Shown here: piece after piece, positions 60,770 through 64,000 of the stretch
Layout of the letters: every line of letters starts with the position of its first letter
Position numbering within the stretch: the first letter of the stretch is position 1
Program-made: the position numbers and the translations under genes
Source of the DNA: Nemertoderma westbladi
Lineage: Eukaryota > Animalia > Xenacoelomorpha
NCBI GenBank assembly: GCA_032718475.1
Contig: JAUCBJ010008014.1
Location: 14,318 to 78,317, forward strand
Reading direction: 5' to 3'
DNA: 64,000 nucleotides
The notes under the pieces: model-generated
Database searches by the model: none
Seen by the model: only the letters and a program-made list of their open reading frames with translations
Told to the model about the DNA's origin: nothing

Positions 60770-62599
60770 CTATGTGAAGGTTAAGTTTTCTGCGTCAATG
60801 TTCTCGTAAACTCTCTCGGGAACGACATCTCGGGTAGCCTCGTCCTCCTCCATGTCTTTGTTGTACTGCGCTGTGCGTTCTGGATCTATCGTGCCGTACT
60901 CAACCACATCGTCACCACTAGCTGCAGCCGCAGCTCCCATATCCTCCGGGTTAACATCAGCAGCTACATTGATTGCCCCGCCTCGCACCAAATTAACGTC
61001 GTCAAGATCGGCATATTCCAATTCCTGAAATTATTTTAAAGAAATTTACAACTTTTTCTTCGCGGCACAGCAAGTCAACCATTTAGGAAAACTACAGTAC
61101 GGTACATTAGGTGAATAAGTTTACCGACCGGTATGGTATTAGGTAAACTACTAATCTATTTATAAATTGTTAATTATAATTTTCTTTTTAATTATTTTAT
61201 ATTGTATTCCTGTATAATATATCACTGCCAGTATGATTAGTAATTACGCTGCTACGAACAATCTGGCTAACAACCGGGTAAAGCGTTCGGTAAACATAAA
61301 TAAAGAAATATCGGAAGGACCATGAAGGCCCCACTCTCTTGGCTGTTACCTTTAGAGATAAACTTTTACACAAGAGTTCAAATAATCGAACGATTAAACG
61401 AACACTTTCTTTTACTCAAGTAGATTCTTGGTAGAACACAACTAGATAAGCAAACCAGTTGAAAAAAATATCAATTTCGCAGTCCGATATTGGAACGCGC
61501 GAAACTATTCGAGGTGGAAAGGCTAATGACTTTCATAAAGTTCCAGTGGTGCAGTATCTACTACTGTAGTGTCTCCAACTCCCTATTCACTTACCGGTTT
61601 GGCCCCAGGTATGTTCTCGGGATTCTCTTCCGTGATGTTACAAAATTGTTTGAAATATGCAAAGGGGTCGTCTTCTAAAAACAAGTAAATATATATCTAT
61701 TTGGTAAAATGTATTAAAAATAATCTACCATAAGGACGTTTTTCATTTAAACAATTTAGAAGTATTTACTACATAAGAGTCAACCTGTCTCACACTCCTA
61801 TTACTTTAGACCTACCGTTTGGAAGTTGTTTCCTGACATTAAAGTAATGTTCCGGCATATTCCCTTTTATAGACAGCGGTCGTCGCACAACGCTGTTCTG
61901 GAACTTAGTTTCCTCGCCAGAAGGGGGTTTACTCCGCCGCGGTTTCGGTCTGACTGGCGGAGCTGGTGGCGGTGTGGTACGCGGTACAATCCGTGGCCTT
62001 TCGGAGTACGGCCCTGGACTCCCCGTTCCATCGTTGGGGTTCAATATACCTGAATGAATGATTTGTAATAGGTTTTACTTTGAGATCATTAAGTAGCTTT
62101 GCGCAGAATTATACATTATGGTTTCCAATATTTTGCTATCGTTTATGAAAGTAAGAAATCTTCCACAAATAATACAGACAGAGCCCATCGAAAAACATTA
62201 TCAATACATAATTTTGTATTTTTCAGTAAGGGCAAAATATGTGTGGGGTGTTAAATAATACAGCATTTATTTCGAGATGATATTCTTCACATATTAAGGC
62301 CATTCGCGTTAAAATTATAATTTGGATTTTATTCGTCTGTAACATAAACAATACAATTAAAATGTATATTTATTACCATCAATAAACCGTTATTTACTTA
62401 CATTTCAATTTGTTATTGTTACTTGATTGTCGTGACTACTGACTACTGATTCACCAACCTGTAGTATCAGAATCTGATGTTTTCTTTCTTATGATTATTA
62501 TGACAATAACAGCTGCTAACACAATTACGAATGTTCCACCTCCAACCACCCCACCTATCAGCGGTATAGTAGGATCATAATTGTCTACAATTTGTTGAC
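60770..62599 (-). CDS. Single-pass membrane receptor, last four exons (TM plus cytoplasmic tail with a Pro-rich segment and ITIM-like Tyr motifs), 5'-partial
   Basis: Phase-consistent exons 62599-62459 (TM LIGGVVGGGTFVIVLAAVIVIIIRKK), 62049-61816, 61674-61595 and 61024-60770 (LEYADL, VEYGTI, VYENI, stop). Confidence 0.85.
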
Positions 62600-62704
62600 C
62601 TGGAAGATTGAATAAGAAATTTTATATATTTATATCAGACAAACGTCCACAACCGGCAAATTAAAACTGAATTAACAAGCGCAGTATTTCTCAAGTTTCT
62701 CAAG

Positions 62705-62842
62705 AACGTAATGGGCAGGGGCTGTCCACCCTGCTTATTTTCTCCATGGGAATGCCAAAGCACAAGATTGTGCACAGGCTGGTCTGGTTCTCATATCGAA
62801 AACAATCTCCTGCAAGGAGGAGGCGGCTTTGTTCTAGTGTCT
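62705..62842 (-). mobile_element. Older diverged RTE fragment adjacent to the young copy
   Basis: Diverged match to 63001-63122. Confidence 0.65.
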
Positions 62843-63518
62843 ACTAGGATCGGCATGCTGCATTGCAGCTGCATTTTTAAGAATGCTGTGCCGGCTTTTC
62901 GACAAAATTGCACCGCCACAACTCCCTATCACCCATGACATTTGCTAGATCATCCGCATCTTCAAGGCCAGTGTCTTTTAAGATGCGTCTTAAGAAAGTC
63001 ATGGGCTGTCCACCATATGCTTATTCACCCCATGAGGCTGCCAAAGTACAAGATTATGCACTGGCTGGTCCTCACGGCGAAAGCAATGTCTTGCAAAGCG
63101 GAGGCGATTTTGTTCTAGTGTCAAGCTTTGGGGAACCAATGAGACACCTCCAATGTTATATAGTGTCTGGTTGGAGATGTGTGCAATGTACTTGACACAA
63201 TAAACCCGGCGTAGCATTCTTGTGAATGTGCCATCCAGAGACTTGGTGTCCTCAGCAGTTAGAGCCCAGCATGGACTCCCATAGAGGAGTACTGGAACTA
63301 CTGCTGCTCTAAATAATCGGACCTTAAGTTTCCGATTAATTCTCGGTGACTTCCAAATCATAGAAAGCCTATTTAAGGCTGCCCATGCCTTTCCCTTACG
63401 TATTCGAAGGTCCTCATCTGACTTCCGGACCCATGATCCCAGGTAACAGAAGTCATCCACATGCTCAAGCATACCATCTTTTGAGCTTATGCTCATCCGA
63501 TCAGAGAGTTGCTGAGGA
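62843..63518 (-). mobile_element. RTE LINE 3' segment (RT C-terminus)
   Basis: PQQLSDRMSISSKDGMLEHVDDFCYLGSWV...; highly similar to 24519-25190, with a frameshift near 63015. Confidence 0.92.
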
Positions 63519-64000
63519 AATACAGGAGCTCTATACAAGACTGTAATGCATTTACACTTCGACCCTTCTCCAGTGATCACCGCCTTATTGTGGCCAAGGT
63601 AAGACTTAGTCTGCGTGCTAGCAGAACAACGAAATCTGCCTTGCCACGGCATGACTGGTCCTCTCTGTTGCAACAGCCAAGTGTGAGATCCAGCTTCACA
63701 CTACAGCTGAGCAACAGGTATGAGGCTCTTGCCTCTGAGGCGGCAGATCACTGTGAGGGCTATACTGCCTTTACAGAAGCAGTTAAGTTAGCAGCTGCAG
63801 AAACAGTTCCTGTATACCCTCGAAACAGGAAAAGGGCCCCCTGGACTGACAACAAAATTCAGAAGTGCCGAAATGACCTTCATAAGGCGCAGAAAGAGTC
63901 CCGACTCAAACAGACTACAGCGGCCAAGAATGCAGTTAAAGCTGCATCTAGGTCCCTGAACAGGCAGTACTCTGTTAATCTACAGGAGCTAATAAATCAA
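63518..64000 (+). mobile_element. Inverted 5' segment of the RTE (end of APE endonuclease + linker), open to the window end
   Basis: Stop-free frame KYRSSIQDCNAFTLRPFSSDHRLIVAKVRLSL...FTLQLSNRYEAL...RKRAPWTD; SDH is the APE C-terminal motif. Confidence 0.8.

Noticed and set aside
62999-63673. 224-aa minus ORF as a single protein
   Set aside because: Its N-terminal part is the antisense of the inverted RTE segment, so it is chimeric across the inversion junction.

Overview
AT-rich eukaryotic (metazoan, probably invertebrate) genomic DNA with spliced genes; no prokaryotic features. Most of the window is a plus-strand adhesion GPCR. I traced phase-consistent exons from the GAIN domain (12857) through the GPS/Stachel exon (HL|TNFAVLM) and all seven TM helices to a probable repeat-containing C-tail (about 52774). 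About 34 kb of the first 47 kb is intronic minisatellite. At least four arrays are tandem copies of the gene's own exon-intron junctions: 51-bp and 45-bp acceptor+exon-start arrays (about 90 and 185 copies) and 40-bp and 49-bp exon-end+donor arrays. Three further arrays carry splice-site-like motifs. The introns also hold an antisense intronless LRAT/PPPDE-like (permuted NlpC/P60) gene and a CACTG-ended DNA transposon carrying a PWWP domain. The right end has the last four exons of a minus-strand single-pass receptor with ITIM-like motifs, and a 5'-inverted RTE LINE. Most long ORFs in the supplied track are artefacts of the tandem repeats. Family assignments are from motif recognition, not database searches.
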